From a virus: a stretch of 64,000 nucleotides of DNA. Position 1 is the stretch's first letter, and the number at the start of each line of letters is the position of its first letter. Below, piece by piece: positions 1-10,495 of this stretch. The DNA is taken from positions 9,169 through 73,168 of IMG/VR virus record IMGVR_UViG_3300025141_011586; one strand, written 5' to 3'. A program made the position numbers and the translations under genes. The notes under the pieces are model-generated. The model was not told the DNA's origin. It worked only from the letters and a program-made list of their open reading frames with translations, and ran no database searches.

Positions 1-1914
1 ATAGAAATTAGGGGGGGCTCTACAGCTACTTTTGTTCATCCTATAATGAGTACGCACTTTCCAGAGGGTAATTTATCAATAGGCCCCGCCGTTTATGGGG
101 CTTGCATTTCTGTTACTGATAATTCAAAGGCGTTATTTAAAGGGTCTGTTAGTGGGGCAAATGTAATTATAGGCCCCAATGGAACCTCCCACGGACAAGT
201 CTATCCTGAGCAGGCGCGTCTTGCGGGAGTGTATGCAGGGCGAAATTCTAATGTCGAATTCAACGGTCCTACTTTTATAGGTAGGTTTGGGGTTGATGTT
301 TTATCTGAAGATAATTCTGTGGCAACGTTTGGTCCTCACAAAAGATCTCAAGATGGGGCTCTAGACATACAGGGGTGGGCTTTGCGGGATTCTGGCAATC
401 ATACTGTTGTTGAGCTTCATGCGGTTAGGTCTTGCTTAGTTGCTAATAGAAATTCAACTATAAATATGACAGATCTTGGGGACTATAACGCTTGTTGGGA
501 TGGGGCAGCTAGAAGTAATCCTGAGTATGACACTGGGGCAACTACCAATTATGGGTTGGGAACGTCTTCGTATACAAGGCATGGTAGCATGCAATTTTAT
601 CCCAATCCTATTGGAGGTCCTTTATATAAAAATAGTGATGAGGGTGGAATGGCTAATTTTGATTCAGATCTAGGCGGGGATAAGGGGCAAAACGGAGATT
701 ATACATTCAAGAAGTTTGCTGGATCTCCTACGATGCAGGATATCGACGGTGAAAGTTTTGATAGGTGGTACTATTTAACAGATGACCTCTATCAACCAGC
801 CCAAAGGTATGCAGTTAGTGCTGTGACTGCTGGGGGTATGTGTGTTAGAGCTGTTGGAGGTAGCCATGTTAATGTGAAGAATGTGAACTTCCCTTGTGGG
901 TGGTGGAATCCTTCTGGTCTTATTTACGATATAAGTGGTGCGGATCAAGTAGGTAATACTAATCTTTTAAACTTCCATGCGTCTTTCTGTAATAGATTAT
1001 TCATTTGGAACATTGCAGATAATTCGAGGTTGCATGCGTCTTTCTGTTCTGTCAGTGGGAGAGACCCCAGAAATATCCCAAGGATAGCTGGGGAAACAGA
1101 GATGTATTATGGTCCTAGTGCATTTTATGATAAAGATGGATATAATAGTTTGGGGGTTAGGACTGGGACAAATGCTAACCCCATAAACCCAGCATATAAA
1201 GCACCTTCAGCCACACCTGACACTAGTAGCTTGTCTGTTTTGGATTTCTTTGGGTTAGGAGCGATTGGAGTTTGGCCTCTTGCAGGGCTCTCGTCCGTAC
1301 ATACTCAAGACGCTCAAGTTGATCAAAAGACTCTCCCTCAGCAATTATTAAGCCCAGTAGCTTTTGCATCTTACGGGGCTGTGGACGGTATTCCAAAGAA
1401 TGTAGGTCCATTCAGACTGTATGTTAGCGTTGATTCCATTGCTAATTTCCTTAGTAGCGTCTCTCTTTCTGAGTCTCACCGTGCGGCTAATCCTGATGAT
1501 GGGTATGCTATGCAGATATTCGCTCAAGGCTATAACTTATCAGGATCAGTTTCTGCAACGAACGATTTAAGTTCGACTTGGGGGAGTATAATTAGAGCGA
1601 ACCCACTCCTGCAAGTTAGTGCGATGAAGGCTGCTGGGTTCTATGGTAATGAAGCTTTAGTAACATCAGGATTTATATATAATAATGAGGTAGTTGATCC
1701 AACTACATACGCTAGAATTCGTTTAGACGAGTCTGCTGCTAGTATATTTGCTAATGCAAAAAATGGAGCAATGGGAACTTCTAATAGAGCTAAGATATGT
1801 ACAATATATAAATCAACCACTGGAGTTCGAGGAGAAGGGGCGAATGAAGAGAGTAAGAGATATGGGAAGGGCTTTGTATCTCCTAACGTGTTTGATTTAG
1901 GTAAGGAAATGTAG
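1..1914 (+). CDS. Virion structural (tail/baseplate-associated) protein, 5'-truncated
   Basis: Frame is open from base 1 to TAG 1914; G/S/N-rich, beta-rich composition; lies in the structural operon upstream of PAAR. Confidence 0.5.
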   Translation: MEIRGGSTATFVHPIMSTHFPEGNLSIGPAVYGACISVTDNSKALFKGSVSGANVIIGPNGTSHGQVYPEQARLAGVYAGRNSNVEFNGPTFIGRFGVDVLSEDNSVATFGPHKRSQDGALDIQGWALRDSGNHTVVELHAVRSCLVANRNSTINMTDLGDYNACWDGAARSNPEYDTGATTNYGLGTSSYTRHGSMQFYPNPIGGPLYKNSDEGGMANFDSDLGGDKGQNGDYTFKKFAGSPTMQDIDGESFDRWYYLTDDLYQPAQRYAVSAVTAGGMCVRAVGGSHVNVKNVNFPCGWWNPSGLIYDISGADQVGNTNLLNFHASFCNRLFIWNIADNSRLHASFCSVSGRDPRNIPRIAGETEMYYGPSAFYDKDGYNSLGVRTGTNANPINPAYKAPSATPDTSSLSVLDFFGLGAIGVWPLAGLSSVHTQDAQVDQKTLPQQLLSPVAFASYGAVDGIPKNVGPFRLYVSVDSIANFLSSVSLSESHRAANPDDGYAMQIFAQGYNLSGSVSATNDLSSTWGSIIRANPLLQVSAMKAAGFYGNEALVTSGFIYNNEVVDPTTYARIRLDESAASIFANAKNGAMGTSNRAKICTIYKSTTGVRGEGANEESKRYGKGFVSPNVFDLGKEM

Positions 1915-1915
1915 A

Positions 1916-4351
1916 ATGGTATCATTTAAATTTGGACAAACAGATAGAAAATTTACTGACCCCGTAAGGTTCTTTAAGGCTAATGATCCTTACTACTGGG
2001 AAGTGGACAATATTCCATTAAAGCAAATTCATGAAAATACCAAATATCTAAAAGAGAGATTAGATGGTATAGATATAGACACTGATATTAGAAGGAGAGA
2101 TATTGCAGAACTCAAGCCTTATGCAAATAATTCAGATAATATTATCCGTATTAAAGCAGGAAGATACACATCAAGGATTAATAATGCTACTGATATAGAT
2201 AGGCTTTCTTCTTTTTTCCAAAAAGAAGGCATAAATATAGGGGAGGATTTATTGTTATCTCTCTCTGGGGCGAGCGTGTTAACAGATTTAGTTTCTAGAG
2301 CGAGATCCACACTTTCTATAAATGCTTTAGGCCTTAATGGTCTTTCAGAGAGAGCATTTACATATCCGATATTTACGCCTGATTTTCCTATAAATTCTGA
2401 GGATATGAAGACTAGCTGGCCTGGGCCAAATGATTTTACTACTAGAGGGGGAAGGCTAGCAGGTAGACCATTTCCTATTTCTCAATTAACTCAATGGTAT
2501 CAATACGCGAGCGATTTTATTGGCGCAGATGACACTACTCGTACAGATTTTTCCAAGGAACCTGGGTTCACAGGTAACTTACAAACGTTAGAACAGGAAC
2601 TTATACGATATTGGAGGGGCACTGCTAGAACTGCAATTGTAGATGTTCCCCAAGAATTGAATGTTACGATTCCCGCATTTGATGAAAATGATTTTTTCTA
2701 TCTTGATTCCGCAACAGGGAAGAAAACTCTTATTGATGCTAACTCTCGTATAGACTTGATTTTCATTTACTCTAAGCCAGTTGATACTAGTTCTGTTGAG
2801 ATTGGTAAATTTACTGGTAATCCGAAGACACGAACAAAGATCACTGCGGCGACCGCTGGCGTTCTGCTTGGCGCAGGGGTTGGGCTAAACGAGCACTCTA
2901 AGTCTAAGGATAATTTTACTTACGTTAAGGGAGTGGACTCCGAAGGCAGATCAGTAATGATGCCTAGTGTGGGAGATGAAAATAATACAGATAGTGGATT
3001 TTTATCAGGAATTAATCAGCCAACAGGGATACATGGATCGTTCCCCTCTCCAGAAGACCTACTAAATATATCACCCCTACTTTCAGAGAAGTTAGAAACC
3101 GATAGTTGGTTACTCACTGGTCAGACTATACTTCCTGTTGCTTATGTTAAGATTAACAAAACTGCTACTCTCAATAAAAAGGGAGCTGCGATAATTACAA
3201 ATGATGATATCGTTGATATAAGGCCTTTCTTTAGAACAGCAGAATTATCTTATAACGAGAGGGCGGGAGTTGCGGCAGCGATGCCTCCTTTGTCTATAGC
3301 AAATGCTGCTGTAGGTAAGTATCAACTAGATTATGAGGTCAATAGAGTCTATAGAACTTTAAATTTAAGGCTTAAAAATATAATCCGTAATCCTGATATC
3401 AGCCCCGTCCCCCCTGGCGGGGGAGATCCTGATCCTGGTGGAGGAGGAGGAAAATCTCCGTCTATGCCTCGTAGGGTAGCTACAGGATATGTTTTTGGGG
3501 GATCAATGTATGGGCCAGAGGCAGCTATGGCAGATTATTTTGGGATAAGGACTAAGACCGATATTCGAAACTCTGCCCCTAATAGAGCTACAAATAAAGC
3601 GAGGGTTAGAGATTTCTATGGATTAAAATCTGATGTCGTTCTTCCTGATTATCCTGATTGGGATCCGGCCAATGCAATGGGGCTTAATGGTAGGAAGGTA
3701 GGGGGTCCAAATAGTTGGACTTGGGTGGTAGATCTTTTTGCGAAATCATCCGGCGGCAAAAAGTATGGATACGTAGATTACGAATGTTTTGATGAAAATA
3801 ACTTTGGAGATCAGCGAAGCTACTTCACCGCTGGGCATCAGCCCTTCGGGGGGCAGACAATAGGGTCGGGATTTGCCCCTGGAGGGTATGGAGGTGAACG
3901 ACGATTCTCGTGGATCCAAAAAACAATTAAGCTTGATAAGACTGATGTCGAGTGGATGGGAGACTATGATGTTGAAGTATCCTTTATAGGAGTTCAAAGC
4001 ACAGCATATTGGATTGACAAGCAAAGAGATGAGTTTACAATTTTTGTTGCACAGAGAGGAGGTTCGAGAAACCCTCATGATTGGACGCAGAGGGGGCAAT
4101 TGATCCCGCCGATCTGGCCTGTTGGGCGGACCAGGGGTGCCGAGAATTCAAGGAATTTGCTCGACGGGTGGCCTGTTTTAAATAGTGTTCTTTCGACTGC
4201 GCCTAAGCGTAGACAGAATTATCTGGGAGAGCCAGCAATCGGAATTGCTTTGTATCCTACAATTCAATTTACTGTCACTGGATATCCCTCTGACTGGGTT
4301 GGAGTTCATACTGATCTCACCCGCCCTGGTCACAAAATAAAACTAGTGTGA
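1916..4351 (+). CDS. Putative virion structural (tail/baseplate) protein
   Basis: 811 aa ORF tightly coupled to its neighbours; Pro/Gly linker (PPGGGDPDPGGGGGK) separates a C-terminal domain. Confidence 0.5.
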   Translation: MVSFKFGQTDRKFTDPVRFFKANDPYYWEVDNIPLKQIHENTKYLKERLDGIDIDTDIRRRDIAELKPYANNSDNIIRIKAGRYTSRINNATDIDRLSSFFQKEGINIGEDLLLSLSGASVLTDLVSRARSTLSINALGLNGLSERAFTYPIFTPDFPINSEDMKTSWPGPNDFTTRGGRLAGRPFPISQLTQWYQYASDFIGADDTTRTDFSKEPGFTGNLQTLEQELIRYWRGTARTAIVDVPQELNVTIPAFDENDFFYLDSATGKKTLIDANSRIDLIFIYSKPVDTSSVEIGKFTGNPKTRTKITAATAGVLLGAGVGLNEHSKSKDNFTYVKGVDSEGRSVMMPSVGDENNTDSGFLSGINQPTGIHGSFPSPEDLLNISPLLSEKLETDSWLLTGQTILPVAYVKINKTATLNKKGAAIITNDDIVDIRPFFRTAELSYNERAGVAAAMPPLSIANAAVGKYQLDYEVNRVYRTLNLRLKNIIRNPDISPVPPGGGDPDPGGGGGKSPSMPRRVATGYVFGGSMYGPEAAMADYFGIRTKTDIRNSAPNRATNKARVRDFYGLKSDVVLPDYPDWDPANAMGLNGRKVGGPNSWTWVVDLFAKSSGGKKYGYVDYECFDENNFGDQRSYFTAGHQPFGGQTIGSGFAPGGYGGERRFSWIQKTIKLDKTDVEWMGDYDVEVSFIGVQSTAYWIDKQRDEFTIFVAQRGGSRNPHDWTQRGQLIPPIWPVGRTRGAENSRNLLDGWPVLNSVLSTAPKRRQNYLGEPAIGIALYPTIQFTVTGYPSDWVGVHTDLTRPGHKIKLV

Positions 4352-4352
4352 G

Positions 4353-7300
4353 ATGGTTGACGAACCCATCCAATTTGGCTGTGGGGAGATAAGGCCAGGA
4401 AAGAGACCTCCAAAACCCCCTCCCCCTATCCCAGTCCCCCCTATTGGAGTTGGAGGTGGTGGTGGTGGTGGTGGTGGTAGCGTTCCGCCAGTCCCAGTTT
4501 GCCCTCCCTTCTGTGGTAAAAAACCAACTAGACCACAGCCGAATTATGGGCCTGCGTGGATATGTCTTACATCTTGTAGGATCTACTGTAATAAACATCC
4601 GTTATGGCCTATCCCTGGCTTTTGGGAGGAGGGGAACATGTGTTTCGAGGAGCAGGATTGTTACGAGGGTCAGTGGACTGAGCCTGTGTATGGCCCTAGA
4701 TACTATGAGATACTACCTCATGAGTGGGAGAGGTTTCTTCGGGTGCAGTGGGAATGCTCGGATAACAAGGGTGCAACGGGTGATAAACGATGTGAGGTTT
4801 TGGAGGGCGCAGATGTGCTTGAGCGAGAGGCTCTTGCGATGATAGAGGATCCTACTGCGGCACATTGGAAATCTGGCCTGACCGCGCAGGCGGACTGTCG
4901 GGAGAACTGTCATGGGGCTTACGGGGAGTGCGTTGCGCCCGTGGAGGAGGAGGAGTTGGGGTTTAAATGTGATTCGCCTTCGGTGTTGCATGGGGAGCCA
5001 GGGACATGTGTACCGTGCAAAATAGACCCAAAGGATCCAAAATGTAAGAGGTGGACTAAGAACGATTGTGAGAACAGCCCTGAGTGCATGATAGGAGGGA
5101 CTATAGCACCACCAGGAACCGTAATCACCCCAGGTCGAATTGGGAGACCAGAAAAATCTGTTTGTTTGCCTGTTGCAGTTCGTTATTGTCCTCCGCCTGG
5201 ACCAATTACAGGGCCAGGAGGGAAAATGGGAAAAACAGCAGAGCCTAAAAAAATAAAACAACAAGTAATGGCTTGTTACGAATGCTCCTTCAATCATGAA
5301 ACTGGTAAACATGGGCTTACTGGCAGGGCTAGGAATAACTGGAAGGATGCTGTAGATAAGTTCGGTGGCGCAGAAGCGTTTGGGGAGGATTGGTATAAAA
5401 GCGCACAAGACAAGTCTCGTGATTGTGACCTGGATCCTACTGAGTGTAAAACAAAATGCAAGAATAAAAACTTTGATTGCCCTGACGGGGATAAGCGAAG
5501 AGGAGATCCTGATCCTATTCCCGATGGTTGGAAGTGCCTTAAAAATCTAGGACCTCCTCATTGCGTTCAATGTTTTCTTGATGGATCAGATCCCGATTGT
5601 CTTTTTGACGAGATAGAAGAGTGTGAATTAACGTGTAAGGATGCTCCAATATTTACAGGAAATGATCCTATAATAGATCTTAAAACGTTTAAGACGGTAG
5701 AGATAGATCCCCTGGTAACGTTTAAAGAGGTTGACCCCGTTAAAGTTCAAGATAAAACCTTTGGTGATATAAGTCTAAAAGATATTTTGATAAAAGCTTT
5801 GCCCATTGGCCCTACTCTTGGCGATAGAACTATTAAAGATCTTTTGATTGGTAATGTTCCTCTTACTCCTACAGGTATTATTTTTACAGGTAATGATATT
5901 CAAGATATATTAATTAGTGCGATTATTGATCTATCTCCTACTGGAATTAGCATTGGAGATATAATGCTAAAGGATATTTTATTGGGTGCGATACCTCCAG
6001 GAATTATTTTAGGAGAAAGGAGGATAAGGGATATCTATATTCCTTATATTCCACCTGGAATCATTATTGGAGGGGAAACAATAAAGGATATCTTAATTAA
6101 AGCGCGACCGATAGGGGGGAGGAGCTTAGGAGATATAACCCTACGAGATATTCTAGTTGATCCTAAAATTCCGGGGAGACCGTGGATTCAGATCGGAGGT
6201 ATAACCCTACGAGATATTCTAGTTGATCCTAAAATTCCGGGGTTTCCAGGAATTCAGATCGGAGATATAACCCTACGAGATATTTTACTGCCCCACATTC
6301 CTCCAGATGTATCTTTTCGGAGAGATTCTGTACATGACCTTGTTGAGTTAGAGGATCCTACCATTGGAGGCCCAGTTCGACCAACCACATTTGGAGGCCC
6401 AGTTCGACCAACCACATTTGGAGGCCCAGTTCGACCAACCACATTTGGAGGCCCAGTTCGACCAACCACATTTGGAGGCCCTGTAGTTGGCGGTGACCAC
6501 CCCGAATTTAGAGATGTAAACCAAAGGAATATAGCTGAGTTAGATGACCCCACACTCGGCGGTCCCAGGGCTGGTGGGGACTTGCAGGAACCAGTTCCTA
6601 GACTCGGTTTTGATCCAGTTCATAGAATGGCTGGGTTTCCTAAGGAAGTTGGATCACCTCTTCCTGGATTGGGAGACGATGTTCGACGTTCCCCATATTC
6701 AAAGGCTGGGGGGCAGGCTACTAGAATTAGAGATCAGGTAATTAGTGTTCCTGATCTTGCAGGCAAGTTAAGTTTTGGTGAAAAAGAGATTGATAGTGGT
6801 CACATATATCATACCAGATATACGTTCACTGGTGACGCTCCGAAAGATGTTAATTTAAATACTAAGCCTACGGAGATAAATGGTAAATATTTAGATATTT
6901 TTAATGATAACGTTACGCCGGTAGTAAAATATTTTATAGATAGGCAAGGAGAATATAAGGGGCCTTGGCATGAGTCTATTATCTTCGCATTGATTACTGA
7001 GAATAAACATATCTTAAATAGTATAAATCAAAACTTATTGTATGTATTTGATAATTTAGCTTATGCTAACGATTTGAAGATTGCTCCCGAAATTTTTCAC
7101 AACATAATAGTTAAAAAGTTAATAAGTAAAAGAATTGAGGAGTTTGATTCTAGTTTTTATCTGTCTATGTACGAGAAACAAAAAGACAATAGGATAATAC
7201 AAATAATAAAAGCACCAGACCCTATTGATAATTATAAAGTGGCTTTGGGGATGATCGCTGAGGAGGCTATTCCCGCAGATCCTGATAAGTATGGCGGTGA

Positions 7301-8852
7301 AGAGGATATAGATTATATAACAAATATTAAACTTCCTCTGGACGATCTAGGGAGTGGGGCTGCTATTTCTTTCTCTGCCTGCAATGTAGATTCCTCTGCT
7401 ATTAAATTTCCCTTCACTAAAGGGGCGGGAGGCACTAGTGGGGTGGTGGTGTCCGCAAACTGTGAGGGAGCCCCAGTGAGCGCACTGCTTTATCCAGGGT
7501 CTGGTCCTGGGTATTACTTTAAGTTGTCCGCAAATCCTACGATACCTCTTATGATGGAGACAGACCTAAGCAAAACTTATATTACCCCCATAACAACGTT
7601 AGAGAAAGCAATTACCTTATTTGGGCATGATCATGTAATGTCGTTAGAGGTAACTTCTGTGGCAGATAAATCTGAATTAGATTCATCATTCACCACATCT
7701 TTTACGGATAATAAAATATTCTGTTCCCTTATACCTGGAACAGTGAAGGATGATCCCGATAGAAAAGACAATGATTTTATTAGTGAGTACCTCGCAGATT
7801 ATGAAATAATCACTGATGAGACTAAAAGGTTGGACGCTTCTATAGAGGCAGGCTTATTAGCTATGCAAATCAATATCCACAAAGATGATCCTATAAGATC
7901 TTATCTTTCTGATTACGTGGACGAGGCGGAAGGTACTAAGGCATGTTCCATGAGATTTAAGAACATAGATTTCAGAAATTTCTTAGGGGAAGTGTCTCCT
8001 GCTGAGGGGCACATTGTAGCGAGAGGGCTTGTGCCTAAGGTTTTGGTTTTTGTATTTTCCTCAGGGAGCAAGTTTCTCCCAATACGTGAGGGCTTCTCTG
8101 ATATTATAAGTATTTCTAATGACACTAATTCAAAGCGTAGGTTTGTAAGAGGTATGCCTATAATATCTCACCCTAGTCCTGACACGGCTGGATATGCTTT
8201 GGATAGAACTTTAGTGTTTGATGAGTTCGGAACATATGGTATAGGGCTTGTAGGTCAGCAATATGGAAATTTAAATACTAACAAATTCTTTTTCAAATTT
8301 GATCCTGATAGTTCCAAGTATAAAGATACTTTCTACAAGACTACGGGTGGTGATCATGAAAATGATTATACTGTATGTAGCACGTACACTGGTGACGAGC
8401 CAGCACAAGAAACTCCTATACTAAGGAGGGTGGCAAAAGAGATAATCAATGAAACCTTACGAGCTAAATATTATAGAAAGGGATTTACTTGGTGGGATAT
8501 ACTTAGTCGCCTTACTTTAGGAGAGGTGGGGAGAATGATTAATGATCTACCCCCTGATATATGGAAGGATTTGGCTACAGGTAGATTCACTGGGGGGAAT
8601 AAGATATTTCCCTCCCTGAATTCCGATGATGAGATAACGGGTATAATAACTACGAAACCTTCTGCTGATGATGAAACCATCGCAATGGGGGTGACTGATG
8701 ATCCAGTAGATATAACAGATACCAAGATCATAAAGGCTACCGATAGGTTTGATACTATAGCGAGAAGTGAGGAAGAGCACGGATTACGGGGAAGTGCTAC
8801 CATTTTTGATGCGAATGAAGTAGATGCTGCTTCAACTGATTTAGAGGAGTAA
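4353..8852 (+). CDS. Large repeat-containing putative virion protein (Cys-rich modules, Ile/Asp repeats, GGPVRPTTF repeats)
   Basis: 1499 aa ORF; Pro-rich start, about 33 Cys in the first ~430 aa, tandem repeats; directly upstream of PAAR. Confidence 0.5.
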   Translation: MVDEPIQFGCGEIRPGKRPPKPPPPIPVPPIGVGGGGGGGGGSVPPVPVCPPFCGKKPTRPQPNYGPAWICLTSCRIYCNKHPLWPIPGFWEEGNMCFEEQDCYEGQWTEPVYGPRYYEILPHEWERFLRVQWECSDNKGATGDKRCEVLEGADVLEREALAMIEDPTAAHWKSGLTAQADCRENCHGAYGECVAPVEEEELGFKCDSPSVLHGEPGTCVPCKIDPKDPKCKRWTKNDCENSPECMIGGTIAPPGTVITPGRIGRPEKSVCLPVAVRYCPPPGPITGPGGKMGKTAEPKKIKQQVMACYECSFNHETGKHGLTGRARNNWKDAVDKFGGAEAFGEDWYKSAQDKSRDCDLDPTECKTKCKNKNFDCPDGDKRRGDPDPIPDGWKCLKNLGPPHCVQCFLDGSDPDCLFDEIEECELTCKDAPIFTGNDPIIDLKTFKTVEIDPLVTFKEVDPVKVQDKTFGDISLKDILIKALPIGPTLGDRTIKDLLIGNVPLTPTGIIFTGNDIQDILISAIIDLSPTGISIGDIMLKDILLGAIPPGIILGERRIRDIYIPYIPPGIIIGGETIKDILIKARPIGGRSLGDITLRDILVDPKIPGRPWIQIGGITLRDILVDPKIPGFPGIQIGDITLRDILLPHIPPDVSFRRDSVHDLVELEDPTIGGPVRPTTFGGPVRPTTFGGPVRPTTFGGPVRPTTFGGPVVGGDHPEFRDVNQRNIAELDDPTLGGPRAGGDLQEPVPRLGFDPVHRMAGFPKEVGSPLPGLGDDVRRSPYSKAGGQATRIRDQVISVPDLAGKLSFGEKEIDSGHIYHTRYTFTGDAPKDVNLNTKPTEINGKYLDIFNDNVTPVVKYFIDRQGEYKGPWHESIIFALITENKHILNSINQNLLYVFDNLAYANDLKIAPEIFHNIIVKKLISKRIEEFDSSFYLSMYEKQKDNRIIQIIKAPDPIDNYKVALGMIAEEAIPADPDKYGGEEDIDYITNIKLPLDDLGSGAAISFSACNVDSSAIKFPFTKGAGGTSGVVVSANCEGAPVSALLYPGSGPGYYFKLSANPTIPLMMETDLSKTYITPITTLEKAITLFGHDHVMSLEVTSVADKSELDSSFTTSFTDNKIFCSLIPGTVKDDPDRKDNDFISEYLADYEIITDETKRLDASIEAGLLAMQINIHKDDPIRSYLSDYVDEAEGTKACSMRFKNIDFRNFLGEVSPAEGHIVARGLVPKVLVFVFSSGSKFLPIREGFSDIISISNDTNSKRRFVRGMPIISHPSPDTAGYALDRTLVFDEFGTYGIGLVGQQYGNLNTNKFFFKFDPDSSKYKDTFYKTTGGDHENDYTVCSTYTGDEPAQETPILRRVAKEIINETLRAKYYRKGFTWWDILSRLTLGEVGRMINDLPPDIWKDLATGRFTGGNKIFPSLNSDDEITGIITTKPSADDETIAMGVTDDPVDITDTKIIKATDRFDTIARSEEEHGLRGSATIFDANEVDAASTDLEE
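6134..6283 (+). repeat. 66-bp-period imperfect coding tandem repeat (ITLRDILVDPKIPG)
   Basis: tataaccctacgagatatt recurs at 6134, 6200 and 6266. Confidence 0.85.
6364..6481 (+). repeat. 27-bp perfect coding tandem repeat x4.4 (GGPVRPTTF)
   Basis: ttggaggcccagttcgaccaaccacat at 6364, 6391, 6418, 6445, plus a partial copy. Confidence 0.95.
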
Positions 8853-8857
8853 TTATA

Positions 8858-9145
8858 ATGAGACTTGTTGGTGTAGCAGGGAGCCCAGTTACCGCGCCTT
8901 GTTCGCGTCTAGTAACTCCTGGCTCACTTACGGTATTTGCAGATGGCATGGGGGTGGCTAGGGTAGGAGTGGATACTGCTCATTTGGTTCCAATAGTTGG
9001 CCCTGGGTCTCCTACGGTATTTGTGGAGGGGGCAGTAGTGTCTTTAGTTGGGGATGCAATAACAGTGCATGATAGCAAACCTACGCATACTGTCTTTACT
9101 ACTACACTAGCAGTACGAACCCACTCAGTATGGTCGGGAGGGTAA
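8858..9145 (+). CDS. PAAR-like baseplate spike tip protein (T4 gp5.4-like)
   Basis: 95 aa with repeated GSxTVFxxG and VARVG / SLVGD motifs and Cys/His metal ligands. Confidence 0.8.
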   Translation: MRLVGVAGSPVTAPCSRLVTPGSLTVFADGMGVARVGVDTAHLVPIVGPGSPTVFVEGAVVSLVGDAITVHDSKPTHTVFTTTLAVRTHSVWSGG

Positions 9146-9249
9146 CAAAAAATAAATTTTATTTTCATTTGTTCTATTACAAAGCTAAATAAATATGAGA
9201 ATTACCGAGGTAGTCTCATACATATTTCTAGAAATACAGGAGTTTAATT

Positions 9250-9588
9250 ATGTACAAGGATATTGATCCAAATATTGCTAAGGCCTTAATGGAAGGTTCA
9301 AGCTGGGAGAAAGCTGGTTTTAAGGTTGTCGATGAGACAGGTAACGAAGTTATTCATGAGGCTAATGAACCTCAGGCACCCGCACAAGAGGTAGAGCCTC
9401 ATTCTTGCCCTCTGTGCCTAAGCGAGCTTACTGAGCCTATCTCTGACGAACAGATCGTTGAGCATCTTGATAGTGTCCTGACGATTATGGACGTTATTGA
9501 AGAGAGTTTAGTAAATGAAGATCCTAACGCTGAGGTAGTTGAAGAGGATTCCGATGACGAAGAGTGGGAATGGGTTGAGGAAGAGTGA
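9250..9588 (+). CDS. Hypothetical acidic protein with CxxC (possible head assembly protein)
   Basis: 112 aa, aggag RBS, HSCPLC motif, acidic tail; upstream TAAATA. Confidence 0.6.
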   Translation: MYKDIDPNIAKALMEGSSWEKAGFKVVDETGNEVIHEANEPQAPAQEVEPHSCPLCLSELTEPISDEQIVEHLDSVLTIMDVIEESLVNEDPNAEVVEEDSDDEEWEWVEEE

Positions 9589-10131
9589 TTGATGTCCAGC
9601 AATCTCCCTAATGTTTCAATAGGGGACTTTGCGGAATCAATACTGAACGAGGGGCAAACGCAAAGTGCGCCCCCTCAAGGTTCTCAGTCGTTCGATAATT
9701 CTCCTTCTTTTGATTCTATGCCTACCCCCTCTCCTGGGCAACTTGATATATCAAATGTCCAGGTTCCTGATGATTTTGTAACTTCGCTTGTCGAGGGTAA
9801 GGAATCTGAGGTTGAGCAGGAACAGGTTAGGGCAGCAGCTCCTTTAGGGGAGGACTCTGGGGATAGATTAGAGATACTTCTTTCTCGTCTATGCTCCTTA
9901 TTGGAAGAAACTAAGGGCTTGATCAGTGAGATGGGTATGACCGCTGGGGCTGGGTTATCTCCTGGGGCTACCGAGGTGGGGCATCTTGGAGTTACTCAGG
10001 CTTGCCCTGTTCAGAGAAAGGCGCGTAAGAAGGTGCGTAAGAAGGTGCGTAAGAAGGTGCGGAGAGAGAGGAAGCCTGTCGCAGAAACGATTGAGGCAGT
10101 TCTGAGGGATCTGGATAATGGAACTATTTGA
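9589..10131 (+). CDS. Hypothetical protein (possible prohead core component)
   Basis: 180 aa in the head module; RKKV x3 repeat (12-bp repeat near 10022-10060). Confidence 0.55.
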   Translation: MMSSNLPNVSIGDFAESILNEGQTQSAPPQGSQSFDNSPSFDSMPTPSPGQLDISNVQVPDDFVTSLVEGKESEVEQEQVRAAAPLGEDSGDRLEILLSRLCSLLEETKGLISEMGMTAGAGLSPGATEVGHLGVTQACPVQRKARKKVRKKVRKKVRRERKPVAETIEAVLRDLDNGTI

Positions 10132-10495
10132 TCTAATAACTGAAGCCAAGAAGGATAAGAAGACCAAGGCTCAAAAATCGAGAGTTAAGGTTTATGACAC
10201 CATAAAAGATGCTCTCAATAAAAGTTATATGGGTCAGGTATTTTCAACCAAGAAAGCGGGAAGGCTTTATGTTACTACCCATAAGAAGTGGGGAAAAGAT
10301 AAGGCATCACAAGTAGGGTCAAAGATTGCTAAGGGATTCACCCCTGGATCGGCCACGCCTGGGGCTTCTTGGCCTGAGGTAAAGGGATATGCTGTGCGTA
10401 CTATGGCTAGGCATGGTGGGCAAAAGACTAAGAAATTTACTGGTGGTAAATACTGGAAGAGTAGAAAAAAGGGTAAGAAACATGCTGCTAAATGA
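10118..10495 (+). CDS. Basic hypothetical protein (possible internal head protein)
   Basis: 125 aa Lys-rich; N-terminal MELFDLITE; adjacent to prohead protease. Confidence 0.55.
   Translation: MELFDLITEAKKDKKTKAQKSRVKVYDTIKDALNKSYMGQVFSTKKAGRLYVTTHKKWGKDKASQVGSKIAKGFTPGSATPGASWPEVKGYAVRTMARHGGQKTKKFTGGKYWKSRKKGKKHAAK

Noticed and set aside
6364-6481. CRISPR array (27-bp repeats)
   Set aside because: Repeats are head-to-tail with no spacers, a multiple of 3, and in frame within a CDS
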